From the human T2T-CHM13v2.0 reference genome, Homo sapiens: 64,000 bases of DNA. The position numbers were made by a program, and so were the translations under genes. The notes below the pieces were generated by a model. It had not been told where the DNA came from and ran no database searches. It was given only the letters and a program-made list of their open reading frames with translations. Each line of letters begins with the position of its first letter. Position 1 is the stretch's first letter. Below are positions 15,181 through 29,128 of this stretch, one piece after another. The DNA lies in the NCBI RefSeq assembly GCF_009914755.1, contig NC_060928.1; one strand, 5' to 3'.

Positions 15181-15625
15181 GCAAAAGAAAAAGACATGGA
15201 GGGAAAGACAAATGACAGACTTGGTGCCGACTGAATGTTTTGGTTAAAGGAGGCAGATGTCAAGTGTTAAGGTGGTGCCTAAGTTTCTGACCTGAGTAAT
15301 TGGTTAACTGGATTGGCAGTAGTATCTTCTCCAAAGAAGGAATTACAGAAGGAGGCAGCATTTTGATGTGGAAGAGAGAGAAGTCCATTGCTTCTGTTGA
15401 ATTTCAAATGATGCCAGTGGAAAACCACCTGGAGATGGCATGTTGGAAGCTGGAGACATAAGTTTACGGGGAATCATCCGTGTATGGGGTCCATGAGATC
15501 ACGTGGTGGTGGGAGAACACAGGCCCAAGATAGAAAGTTGAGGATCATTATCTTTAAATTATGACCTGGAGAAGAAGCAGCTACGAATTTTTAGGTTCTT
15601 GTAAACATTTTAAATGCCTTCATTC

Positions 15626-15971
<346 letters not shown>

Positions 15972-18233
15972 TCAACATGCACAGTGCCGCATGGCTCTAT
16001 TTGATCATTAAAAGTATTATAGTACTTCCTTCTTTTCCCTGATCTCCATTCACACTCTTATTTTCCTTTTCAAGTCTAGCATCTTTGCAACAGAGTCTAT
16101 ACATTAAATACAGTAAAACAAGGGCCCCTGCTACTCATTCTCATAGTTGAGTAACGTTGCTCCAAAATGCCACTATTTAGAAATTGTCTTGTATTCTTTA
16201 ATTACTGAATGAAAGACTCCTGGTGCAATTTAAGTTTTTATTTTGTGTTTCTCTAAAGGGTATAAAATAGAAATCAGAAGCTTAAATAATATAAATAAAA
16301 GCAGGACAGCCTTGTTGAGGGTGAGGAGGGGAGGGTTGCAGCGCATCACCATTACTGCAAAGTGGACTTTGAAGTGGCTTGCAGAGAACTTTAATATTTT
16401 GAGGAGCACAATTTGAATGCTAGTCTAATGGTTTTAGTATTTTATAAATAAGGAAACCAAGGCCTGAGTTTCCTTCAGATTAAGTGATTTGCTGTTTGTC
16501 TCACTGCTAGTTAGAGTAGAGGTGGAATTAGAGCTAGTAACTCCTGATTCCTAGTCTCATGCTCTTTTTGTAGGATGGTGATACTGCCCTAGAGAACCAC
16601 TTCCATTAGTCACCAACCCCACTACCCCTCACACCACTCCTGTCAATACTCTGGGTTATTAAAGGTGAAAAGAAAATGGCAGGGAAAAGAAAAAAAAAAC
16701 TGATGTGTTTCCCTTGTTCTAGATGTCCAAGCTCTGTGGCTTACCAGACTGACGGCAGGTGCCCTGCCATTTTCTGAAGGGATGTTCTATCTGGTTGTTT
16801 ATTAGTTACCATCTCTCTCTATTTAAGCAGCTTCAGGGCCAACTGACTCTCGGTGTCACAGTGGGAATTTGACATTTCTATTTCTCATTTGTAATTTAGG
16901 GTACGTTGACACATTTAATTTCGTAATTGTGTACTTAAAAAGTGAGTAAACTAAAGTTTATTAGTGCTTTATGAAAACTGAAAATACTCCCGAAGACTAA
17001 CATTATATTTGGTGAGCCTCCTAATGAGGAATTAGAAGACTTGATTCAATCATAATATTATCTTACTGCTTATTTGAATTTACTAAGTCCTTGGCATTAT
17101 ACTAAATGCTTCATTTTAGGGATGAAGAAACAGTTCGAAGGGGTGATGACATTTGCCAATGTTTTGGAGCTAATAAGGGCTGAGTTTGGATTGAGAATCC
17201 TCAACATTCTGAATTGTTGGGTGCTTTTATTCCTAGGATTATTTCAGGCTTGATATCCTGCTCAATGCTCTATTTGTATTTGCCTCCAGGGAATATTCTC
17301 TTTCCTCTATCCCAGTTCAACACCCTCACTCCAGTTTCCTCCTCTGTAAGCCATTCTCCCAAGGTTTCTGTGTGTTCACCACTCATAACTGAAGGTTGCC
17401 AGGGTAGGATGGAAAGGGTAGGGCCTGAGGCGGGAGAGGTTGTAGAAGAGGAAAGAACATGGCAGTGGAGACTTACAGCAGAATGAACAACTTTAAAACT
17501 GAGCATTAGATGACATTTCTGTTTTGAAAATTGCATTGATCACCCTATCCCTGGAAATTCTGCAGTGACCACCTTTGTTGAAAGGCCTAGAGCTCCCTGC
17601 CATCTCCAACATACTCACGCAGCTCCTGTACATGCACTCAGAAGTCGGTTTGTGTTTTAAATAACTTCTTTAAAAATCTCATCACCAAATGCTGTTGATC
17701 ATAGTTTACCTACCAGTAAAATAGAGATGAGGTCCATTTGACCTGCTTCAATTGGGATTCTCTCTTGAGGATCTAATAAAAATGATGGAAGTTGAAATGT
17801 TTACAAATATATATGAAATGCTACGCTCGTGTAAGATATTACTCTTACTGTTGATGCTTTAATTGAAATCAAATTTAAAAAGGGACTCAACAGCTGATCA
17901 GAATCTACATGGAACTAACACCGTGATCTCCCAGTTAAGTGGCAAAACATCTGATTTTAGGGGTATATTTCTGATTTAGAAAATATGGGAGCTTCTTTTG
18001 TGTCTTTTGTTTAAAGTTATCCTTTGTATTATTAGTAGTAGATTTTAGCGAAGATAGTCAAACTTTCCTAACAAAGAAGTATAGCAGTGCTAAGATTTTC
18101 AAGATAAATAGTAGTTTCTTTGTTTCAGATTATGTCACTGAGATTTGACACACTGAGCAATAAATGAATGTATTGGCCAGCCTGTGCTTTTTTAAACGTG
18201 ATTTTGCAAAGTAATTTGTCTTTTTAATTTTAG

Positions 18234-18361
18234 GAAACAGATATTGATGACAGATATGGAGATTTGGATTCCAGAACAGATTCTGATATTCCGGAAATTC
18301 CACCATCCTCAGATAGAACCCCTGAGATTCTCAAAAAAGCTCTATCTGGTTTATCTTCAAG
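18234..18361 (+). CDS. CDS1: CDS1 exon 2 (128 nt): ETDIDDRYGDLDSRTDSDIPEIPPSSDRTPEILKKALSGLSS(R)
   Basis: tttaattttag|GAAACAG ... TTCAAG|gtatga. Confidence 0.96.
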
Positions 18362-18754
18362 GTATGATTGGATGAAGATGAGTATATCTTAGTGCACAAG
18401 ATAGGCTTTGAGGTTATCCTTGTCCATGTAATAAATTTGGCTTTTTGTAAGTTTTCCAGCCATGGTATTAGGTGGTCAAAAAGGCCACCTAATATCCGAG
18501 GTATAGTTCTATGTATTTAATGTGTATCCACCCTTAAAACCTTGTGAAGTATAAGAAAACCAAGGCTGAGAGGTTAATTGTTGAAGGCTACAGAGCTAGT
18601 AAGATATAGACCTGGGATTCTTGCCTTGGGCTGTCAGATTCTGAAGCCTGTGATCTATTTACCACGTCACATTGCTTTTTCTGGTATTAGAACACCTAAT
18701 AAAACTCCATAGTCTCTGTTCCCTATTTTTCAAATGCCAGACAGAAATAGGTAT

Positions 18755-18908
18755 TTTTTTCTTTTTTCTTTTCTTTCTTTCATTTTTTAAATAAGATGGG
18801 GTTTTACCACATTGCCCAGGTTGGTCTTAAACTCCTGGGCTCAAGCAGTCTGCCCACTTTGACCTCCCAAAGTGCTGGGATTACAGGCGTGAAACATGGC
18901 ACCAGGCC
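18755..18908 (-). mobile_element. FLAM_C
   Basis: Alu left monomer with T-rich tail. Confidence 0.8.
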
Positions 18909-19749
18909 AGTATTTTCTTTTCTTTTAACTGAGTTTAAGATTATTGTGTAAAACTCCACAATCCATTACCATTTTATATTTGTGCAACATTTAAAAATGT
19001 GTGATGACCACAAAATTTCAGCTAATTATATTACCCTTCATTGTATACTTTAGTAATATGAATTATAAAATTTATAAAAGCAAAGTAAACCTAAGCTTTT
19101 GTCCAGATTAATGTATGAAATGTTACATATTGGTGTAGAAAGAACAATGTTTCCCCAACTTTTTGACACTATGACACAGTAAGAAATACATTGTATACCA
19201 CATTCCAAGACACACAAATGTATATTTTAACTGCTGCAAAAATGTTATGAAACAATTCTTCCCATTACTGTGTAATACCCTCTGATTTCTTTTGTATTTG
19301 ATGCTGTTCTATGTTATTGAACAAAAAATGCTACATGTAACTTATTCAATGGATTTTACTACCCTTGGGTCATAGCCTGCGATCTGAAAACCACTAGTTT
19401 AGTCGTATCTAGTAAATGTAATATGAATTTTTCTTTTTTTTTTTACTTTGTAAGGGATAACCATATTAGAATATATTGGTTAAAAGCAACATTTTCATAT
19501 TTTTTAACCAATAGAACATATCTTTGATCTGCTATGAAAAGCATGATTATTTTAATAGTTCTTGTTCCCAGTTGTTTTCATGACCTAATTCCCAGATATA
19601 ACTTTGCATTAAAATCTCATCAAGTCTATCTCAGACCTGAAATTTTGTGTAGTCGATGTTCTGTAAGAATGATGCCAGATTTGTGTGTGTCATTCATAAT
19701 AAGATCTTCCTTAATCATGAAGTTGTTTTTTTCTGATATAAAGTAACAA

Positions 19750-19980
19750 TAGCAAATACTAGCAGCTAATATTTATTTAGCATTTACTATGTACTAGTAT
19801 TGTTTCAGGCACTTTATATGTATTGACTAATATTCTCATGGCAGCCTTGTAACACAGGTATATAAATGTGGAAACGTAGGCAGATATTATATATCAAGGG
19901 TCATGTAGCTAGTAAGTTATGGACCCACATTCTGAACCTAGGTACTGTGGCTTCAATGCCTGTATTCTTATCTATGCTAT
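19750..19980. mobile_element. MIR; other degenerate MIR fragments at ~16430-16560, 17040-17200, 18530-18670 and 45200-45410
   Basis: MIR core-like motifs such as gaaaccaaggctgagaggttaa and cctcatctgtaaaatgg. Confidence 0.65.
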
Positions 19981-20290
19981 TTATGAGTGAATTGGTTTTA
20001 GAAAATGAACAATAGATAATATAGTGGTTTCAATCTTCTCGAGAAACTTTTCTACAAAGATTACATGAATGTTTTACATGTAATCTGTTTTATACATTTT
20101 TATCCTGTTTTTAGTCTAATATTGAAAACAGACTGTCTTGCAAAGACTTAGAATTTGTAGATACATAGGATTAAAAATAGTAATTACATAAGAAATGTAC
20201 ATTACTTGCAGAAAAAAAAATCCTGTAATCCTCCTACCAAGACATTAATATTTAGAATACTTCAGTGTTTACCCTTTGAGGCTTTTTTCT

Positions 20291-20296
<6 letters not shown>

Positions 20297-20329
<33 letters not shown>

Positions 20330-20330
20330 T
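20297..20330. repeat. (TG)n microsatellite
   Basis: Seen directly. Confidence 0.95.
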
Positions 20331-20679
20331 GTATGTATGGATGTGTGTAAAGCAAAAATGAGATTGTACTGTTTTCTACCTTACTGTTTTAATTTTCATT
20401 CCATGGTATTATTAGGAACAACATTTCATGCAGGATCCTAAATATATTTCAGAAACATTTTTAATGTCTGTATATTTTGCTGCATGGCTATGGTCTAGTT
20501 TATCCAACTGACCACCTATTGCTGGGCATTTAGTATATTACTAAATGTTCACAATTAAAAATACCTCTACATTAAACATTTTTCTTTGTAGTAACTTTAT
20601 TTTAACATCCATTAATTATTTCCTTAGGATAAAGTCCTAAAAGGGAAATCCCTTGGTCAAGTTTTATGCCCTTCCCTTA

Positions 20680-20870
20680 CTTTTTTTTTAAAACAGGGTT
20701 TCACTCTGTTGCCTAGACTGGAGTGCAGTGGTGCAGTCTCAACTCACCACAACCTCTACCTCTCAGGCTCAAGCAATCCTCCCACCTCAGCCACCCAGGT
20801 AACTGGGACTACAGGCATGAGCCAACATGCCTGGCTAATTTTTGTATTTTTTATAGAGACAGGATTTTGC
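20680..20870 (-). mobile_element. Truncated Alu (right arm)
   Basis: Poly-T plus right monomer only. Confidence 0.8.
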
Positions 20871-21277
20871 CTTGGCTTGTGGTCCTTTATTTACCTCTGA
20901 CTAGATTTGCGACCTAGCCCAGTTTTCTAATCCATCCATTAATCCACAAACAGTTATATCTGTACAACTACATGGGGCCTTTTAGCCATAGCATTTTTGA
21001 CTCTACACTCATTTTTAGTTCTGCCTCATGCTCATGCTCTCATGAGAAGTTTATGTCTACATAGTTTGTTAAACAATAGAGGGAAATAAAGTTGAATGAA
21101 TGCAATTTGACTACCTTATGAAGAAACTCATAAGCTGGAAAAAAATGTATGTTGTTGGTATGTTGGTATTTTAGATCCTGTGTGTAGAAATGACATGATA
21201 AAAGGAATATTTGAAAAGAGTATTTGTTGGAAGTATTTAAACTATATTGGAGAGTGGTTGAAAGCAAGGAATGTAAT

Positions 21278-21555
21278 CTTTTTTTTTTTTAAGAGACAGT
21301 ATCTTGCTCTGCCACCCAGGCTGGAGTGCAGTGGCACAATCATGGCTCACTGCAGCCTTGACCTCCTGGGCTCAAGTGTTCCTCCCACCTCAGCCCCCAA
21401 CATGCCCCGCCTCCTCTCCCCCCACTCCCCCCGCCCCTCAGTATCGGGGACCACAGGTGAGTACCACCACGCGCAGCTAAGTTTTGCATGTTTTGTAGAG
21501 CTGGGTTTTTACCGTGTTGCCCAGGCTGGTCTCAAACTCCTGGGCTGAAGCAATT
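21278..21555 (-). mobile_element. 5'-truncated AluJ with a C-rich internal insertion; FLAM on the + strand at ~21605-21730
   Basis: Alu consensus interrupted at ~21394-21440. Confidence 0.85.
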
Positions 21556-22017
21556 CTATACCTTATGAAGGCAGCTAATATTTCTGTTCTAAGAAGGGAA
21601 TGAGGGCTGGACATGGTGGCTCACACCTGAAATCCCAGCACTTTGGGAGGCCAAGGCAGGAGGATCACTTGAGCCCAGGAGTTAGAGACCAGCCTGGGCA
21701 AGATAGTAAGACCCTGTCTCTATTTTTTTTTAAAAAAAAGGAGTGAGGACTTGTGCTTAGAATACACTGCATATATGTTACTAGACTTTAAGTTGAATCA
21801 AAATCTCTTGTAACATAATTTAAATGCTACCAGTTGAATTAATAAAAATCAGAAAAGTCCTAAAGAAAAACAGCGACAATTCTAAATATAGAAGTCATCA
21901 TTTGTATATAGGAGCATTCAGAAATTCTGGATTTTTCATACAGAGCTGCCAACAGTTTATATGACATGGTAACACAAGGAGTGATTATTTGTATGGCACA
22001 ATGGGGATGAAGTGTGA

Positions 22018-22464
<447 letters not shown>

Positions 22465-22887
22465 AAGGAAATACTTTTACTAAAGGCTTTGTCCCTAATC
22501 AAAGAAAGCAGTCAATACACTTTGAACAACAGAAGTGTCCTTCCATCTGTCTTTATCCTCAGTGGCTGACCTCTTAGGTAACTGGCACCTCACTCCTTCA
22601 TTTCACTGAAATCACTGTTCTTTCCAGTTTTAGTTCGGTATTATCTTTCATTACTTATTCTCATTGGCAGTCCATGCTGTCTATATCATATTCTTAAAAT
22701 CATGACTGTATTCATCTGCCATCCTAATTGGGCATCATCTCTTTTGAGGGCTTTTGTACCTGGCTCGTTCTTCCCCTCCATGTGGTCCCTGGTGGGATGC
22801 CTGACTTTCACATCCACCCTGACCACCTAACGTCCTAACCTCACGGTTTATTCCCCACTCACATTTAACAAAAATTATTTTCTTTCT

Positions 22888-23198
<311 letters not shown>

Positions 23199-23419
23199 AA
23201 AAATTATTTTCTTTCTTGGCTAACATAACTTTAAAAGTTAATTTATCTCCCAGTGTGTGAATGAATGCTGTTTGTTTTTTGTTTTTGTTGTTTGTTATAT
23301 AAAGTGAAGTAGTAGAATCTTATAGTTAAGGAAAATTCATAAATCTGGCAAATCAATACTGAAACCACACAAAAAACCTTAAGAACACGTTAAATACTAA
23401 CTTTACATTTTCTTTGTAG

Positions 23420-23516
23420 GTGGAAAAACTGGTGGATACGTGGAATTCTCACTCTAACTATGATCTCGTTGTTTTTCCTGATCATCTATATGGGATCCTT
23501 CATGCTGATGCTTCTT
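23420..23516 (+). CDS. CDS1: CDS1 exon 3 (97 nt): WKNWWIRGILTLTMISLFFLIIYMGSFMLMLL
   Basis: tctttgtag|GTGG ... CTTCTT|gtaagt; phase matches exon 2; hydrophobic TM segment. Confidence 0.96.
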
Positions 23517-23799
23517 GTAAGTTTTTGACTTTTCCCTGAGTGTCTCTTGCTTTGTTTTTCAACATTTATATAGGATTGAAGTAATTTGAGCATATCATAA
23601 AAAAGAAGCTAATTCAACACTCAGTCACAGAATATTTAGTTCCTTTAAGTGTCTTTTATTTCATGATATGATCTAACTTAATCTTTTCTGTTTGCAAAAT
23701 GACTATTCAGTGTGTTCATTCAGCAGAGACCAAGTTTGTATAACAGGTACATATCTATGTGTCTGACATTGTGCCAAGCATATTTTATCAAAGATATGA

Positions 23800-24015
23800 C
23801 ATGAGCCTGGGCAAAAAAACACAAGCCTGAGACCTCGTCTCTACAGAAAGTTTTAAAAAATAAGCTTGGAGTAGTGGTTCACGCCTATAGTCCCAGCTAC
23901 TGGGGAGGCTGAGGTGGGGGATCACTTGAGCCTGGGAGGTTGATGCTGCTGTGAGCTGTGGTTGTGCTACTGCACTGCAGCCTGGGCAACACAGACCATC
24001 TCAAAAAAAAAAAAT
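23800..24015 (+). mobile_element. 5'-truncated AluJ
   Basis: Diverged right arm plus A-tail. Confidence 0.75.
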
Positions 24016-24630
24016 GACAGAAATACACACACATATAACATCAACATATGACTATTAGCTAGATCCCTGATTTCAAGGAACTCAGTGTAATAGGAAAAAC
24101 ATACAAGTAACCATATGAATAAATAGCATGATAAATAAGCGAGATAAGTTCTATGATAGAACATGTTAGGAGTGCATGGTAGAAAAGCACCTAATCCAGT
24201 CTGAGGGAGGGATGAGGAGGGGCTTCCAGAAGAGACAGTGCCGAAGCCGAGTCCTGAATACTGGACAGAGGAAGGAATTCCAAAGTGGAGACATCATGAG
24301 CGGGGCATGGAGGTAGTGAGAGGATGCGGTCCATTGGAAGATCTGCAAGTTGCACATGTAGAGGGTGTCTATATAGGGCACTGGAGAGGCAAGGAAAAAC
24401 CATTCTGGGAGTTTTGGATTTTGGTGTGTGTGGGAAGCTCAGTAAGTCAGGAAGCCAAACAAGTATTTAAACCCTTCATTCATTCGTGTAACAAACGGTT
24501 CCAAGATGCCTGCTATATGCCAGGCATTACGTTAGTTCTAGGGATGATACAGTGGTACTGAGAAAAATGTACCTGTCTCTGCCCTCATGGAGCATACTAT
24601 CTGCACTTTAAAGAGCTGATTATGTATTTA

Positions 24631-24943
24631 CAGTGAGATGCCACCTGATGACATTTTGGTCAGTGATAGACAACTATACGACAGAGGTCCTATAAGATTA
24701 TAATGGAGCCAAAAAATTCCTGTTGCCTCATGATTTTATTCCAGTTGCCAACGGTATTCAGTAAAGTAACATGTTGTACAAATTTATAGCCTAGGACCAA
24801 TAGGCTATACCATATAGACTAGATGTATAAGAGGCCATACCATCTAGGTTTTGTAAGTATACTCTATGATGTTGGCACAACAACGAAATTGCCTAACGAT
24901 GCATTTCTCAGAACATACCCCCTTGTTAAGCAACACATGACTA
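24631..24943 (+). mobile_element. Tigger3a/MER7-like MITE
   Basis: TA-flanked; ggtcctataagattataatggagc; gcatttctcagaac. Confidence 0.8.
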
Positions 24944-26699
24944 TATATAATTACAAACTACAATAAGCATTTGAGAAAAAGAATAATACTAAGAGAGCAA
25001 AGACGGAGCTGGGAGACTTTCCAGAGGCACAGTGCCAAGCACGTGGGCTGCAATCTGAAGGTTGAGTGGGAATCAACAAGGTAAAGGATGGAGTCTTGGG
25101 GAGGACCATCACAGGCAGAGGATTTCTGTGGGCAAAAGCCCAGATATTTAAAGCATGAAACATTTGAAGCCCACAAGTGTTGGAACCGAGGAGAAATGCA
25201 TTTGTTCAATGCATTCATCAAGCACTTAGGCAGTGCTGAGCATGGTTTGACAGCACACAGTGAGAGCCTGCCCTCCGGGGTGCCCTGTGGCCTTCTTTAT
25301 TGGTATTATCATTGTTATTACTTTTTCTCATTCCTTTTCAGTTAATCCAGGTTCTTCTTATGTACTCATCTCCTTCATCTCTGATTTCTCTTGCCCACTT
25401 AGAAATGTGTTTATCCATTTTGCCAATCTCCCTCCATATTCAATTCTATTCATAGCTCATAAGCTTATGAGCTATATGATATGGTTTTCCTTTTATTTTA
25501 TAAAAGAATAAGTTTTGATGTGAAATTAGACATGATGAAAAAAAATTCCATCAGCTCTTGAAGCCACTTAAAGTGGCTTTTATAAGCACCTCAAAGCCTC
25601 TTTCACTTCTCTTTTTGTCCTCTCATTAATTTTTCACTTCCTTGGGGAAATCAAGTAATGAAAATGAATAAGAAGTTAATTTCTTTTTCTGCTAATTTGC
25701 TAAGATCTTAAAGTGCTTTTTCTCACAAAGGAAAAATGGATAATAAATAGGACAGACTTAATGTGAGAGCAGAGGAAGCGGAGCTTGAAAGCCAAGTGGG
25801 CAGGCGTGGGAAATTGTCTGCATTTGATTCCAGGAAGAGGCCCCCAGCTCCCAGTCTTCTGTCGCTGAATGTGCCAAGGGCTAAAATGATCACCATTGGC
25901 CCTGGGACTTGGGCATTTAAGAAGCAAGTGTGTGCAGAGCACTTTTCAATGCTAGGTGGTGAGTGGGCAGGCTTGAGGAAGAAGGGACCAAGTGAGAGCA
26001 AGGAGTTCCACAAGTCTTTGTGGGTGAAGGGACCTTTGAGTATGATTTTGGGCAGTGTATCAGGGTGGAGGCAGCACTGTGAGCAAAGGTCCAAGTGGCT
26101 AGAAGTGTGCCACTTGGACCTTTGCTCACGGTGCTTCCTCGGTGGCAGAAAAAGGTGCTTTTTCCTTGAGCACAGGGCTGAAAAATAATTAGAGATCAGA
26201 TTCTGGAGGGCCTTGCTATGTGGAGAAGTTTGGGTTTTATTTGGGAAGCAGTAAGGAGAAGTATTTTGGGAGAATTTATTTGGAATTAAGAATTAAGAAG
26301 AATTTATTTGGGAAAGGTAAGGAGTAAGAAGAAAATGTTGATCTAAGATATCAGAAACCACCAGTATCCTAGATACAGTGACTTCGGCAGGTTTGGTGGG
26401 TTCCCCTGTGATTTACATTTTTCTCCAAACTGAACTGTTGAGTATAATAACTAGGGCAAGAATTTGTGGATAAAAACTATTTTCTAACCACTCTTTAAGA
26501 CAAAATTCAAGACAGTTTTAAAGACATGCATGCATACATTTGGATTCTGATTTTTTAAGAGAACCATAAGTGTGCCTACGGTACTTGAGTTTTTTTGTTT
26601 ATTTTTTTCTACTATGAAAGGAAAATATGATCTTATTACTAGTTATTTGCTTCAATTGGTGAGTTTAATTAAAGAAGAAAATAAGAGTATTAAAGATCT

Positions 26700-27011
<312 letters not shown>

Positions 27012-27316
27012 CTAAGTAAAGTAGGTTTGAACTGTTATTGGTTATTTAAGTTTATTACATACACATACATGCATAGATATATATATATATATTATGTTTT
27101 TATGATATTTGTGTTAAGAGAATATGGATGATTCACACATATAGTTGGTACTCAATTGATATTACTTTATGTGTTTTAAAACCTTGTTTCTATTCCTATT
27201 CTTAACTAGATCATTTATATTTTGAGAAGGACATGTTGTATCTAGCTTGCAGTTGCCTTATAATGTCAGCACTCAAAAATGACTAATTCAATATAGTTTT
27301 ATTAAAAACTTCTAGG

Positions 27317-27616
<300 letters not shown>

Positions 27617-28649
27617 AAACTTCTAGGAAATTACAGGTACTATTTTAATATGGAATGCATACCCATGTTCCTTAAAAGGCCTTCTATTTGTAGTTTTTAA
27701 ATTGTATTCACAGCTTAGAATCATACTTTCTAAGTGATGGAGTTACTAAAGCATGTTTTGATTTAAAGGCAGATGTGAACATATAGAAGATATTGAAAGA
27801 GGTTTTTTCCCCCCCTGCCTTCTTGGAAACTGTTGTCATTAACTTTTAATTCGTGCTATGTAGTTTACTTTTAAATAGTGTGTTTACTTTTTCCTATTAT
27901 GAGAGTTGTATACGTGTGATCAAATTACTTTGGAAAATAGATAATTAAAAATAATCATTCCAACCCTATTGTTAACCACCAAAATGCAGTTAGTAGTGTT
28001 ACATTTTATTTCATCACTTTTTGCTTAATTTATATGTTTTTAAAACTGTGGTCATAATAATAATGTGACTAACATTGTGCATCCTGCTTTTTAAGCTAAA
28101 TATCACATCAAAAATTTTGTGGCCAGGTGCGGTGGCACACACCTGTAGTCTCAGCTATTCGAGAGGCTGAGGCAGGAGGATCACTTGAGCCCTGAAATTC
28201 CAGTCTGAGTCCAGCCTGGATAATATGGCACAACCCTATCTCTAAAAAAACCAAACTTTTAAAAAAAAGTTTTGTGTTGTTCTGTGGTCTTTATAATCAT
28301 TAGCTTTACTAGATTGTCTGCTTGATGGAATGTAGTTCATCATGGAGTTATTCACTTACAGTGAATGAATATCTGAATTCATTCAGTGCATCATTTAAAG
28401 TTATTCAAATCATTGTGTTATTTGTAGACATTCAGGTTATGTTCTTTTTTTTATTGTGAATAACACTATCATGAACATATTAGAACATAAATATGCTCTA
28501 ACTTTATATGTGGGAGTATTTTCTTAGAAAAAATTTGCAAAGTGAAAATAGACACTTATTTGAATAACCCATAGGTACTCAATATAGTTCATACTCAAAA
28601 TGACCAGATCTGAACTTCTAGTCCATACCTCGGCCATCCAGAGTAAATC

Positions 28650-29128
28650 TGTTGTCAAAGTTAAATAACAATACACAGACAAATCTCTATGCAAAGCATT
28701 TTATTTGGGAATGTATATATATTTTTTAAAAAAACAAAATTGCACTTCAGAGCATATACCCAGACCAGGGTGGTCTTTGATATGTCTAAAGAATAAAGAG
28801 AAGGTTGGGAGTTTTATTAAAGAGAGAAATGCTACATATTGTTTTGAAAGAAAGCCCATTAGCACTAGTGCACTTTTGGGGAGTTGGCAGGCTCTGACTG
28901 GTGAGTGACAGTGGTGGCAGGTAAAATTAGTCTTAGAGTCATGGCACATTGTTGTTTCAGCAGCCACCAAGTAAAACTGGTCTGACGGTATGGCCAGCTG
29001 TTTCAGAAGCTGGGCTTTGGATAATTCGTGGAGCAGGTGCTGTGTGCCCTGAGTGCTTTTTCCGCTTGGCCCCTCAACTCTGATCTTAGTTGAATATGAC
29101 AGTTGACCCAATTTGTATAATTCTTTCA
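28650..29128 (-). mobile_element. ERV1 LTR (MER72/MER87-like) within L2-derived sequence
   Basis: TG...CA ends; minus strand starts tgaaagaattatacaaattgggtca. Confidence 0.6.
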
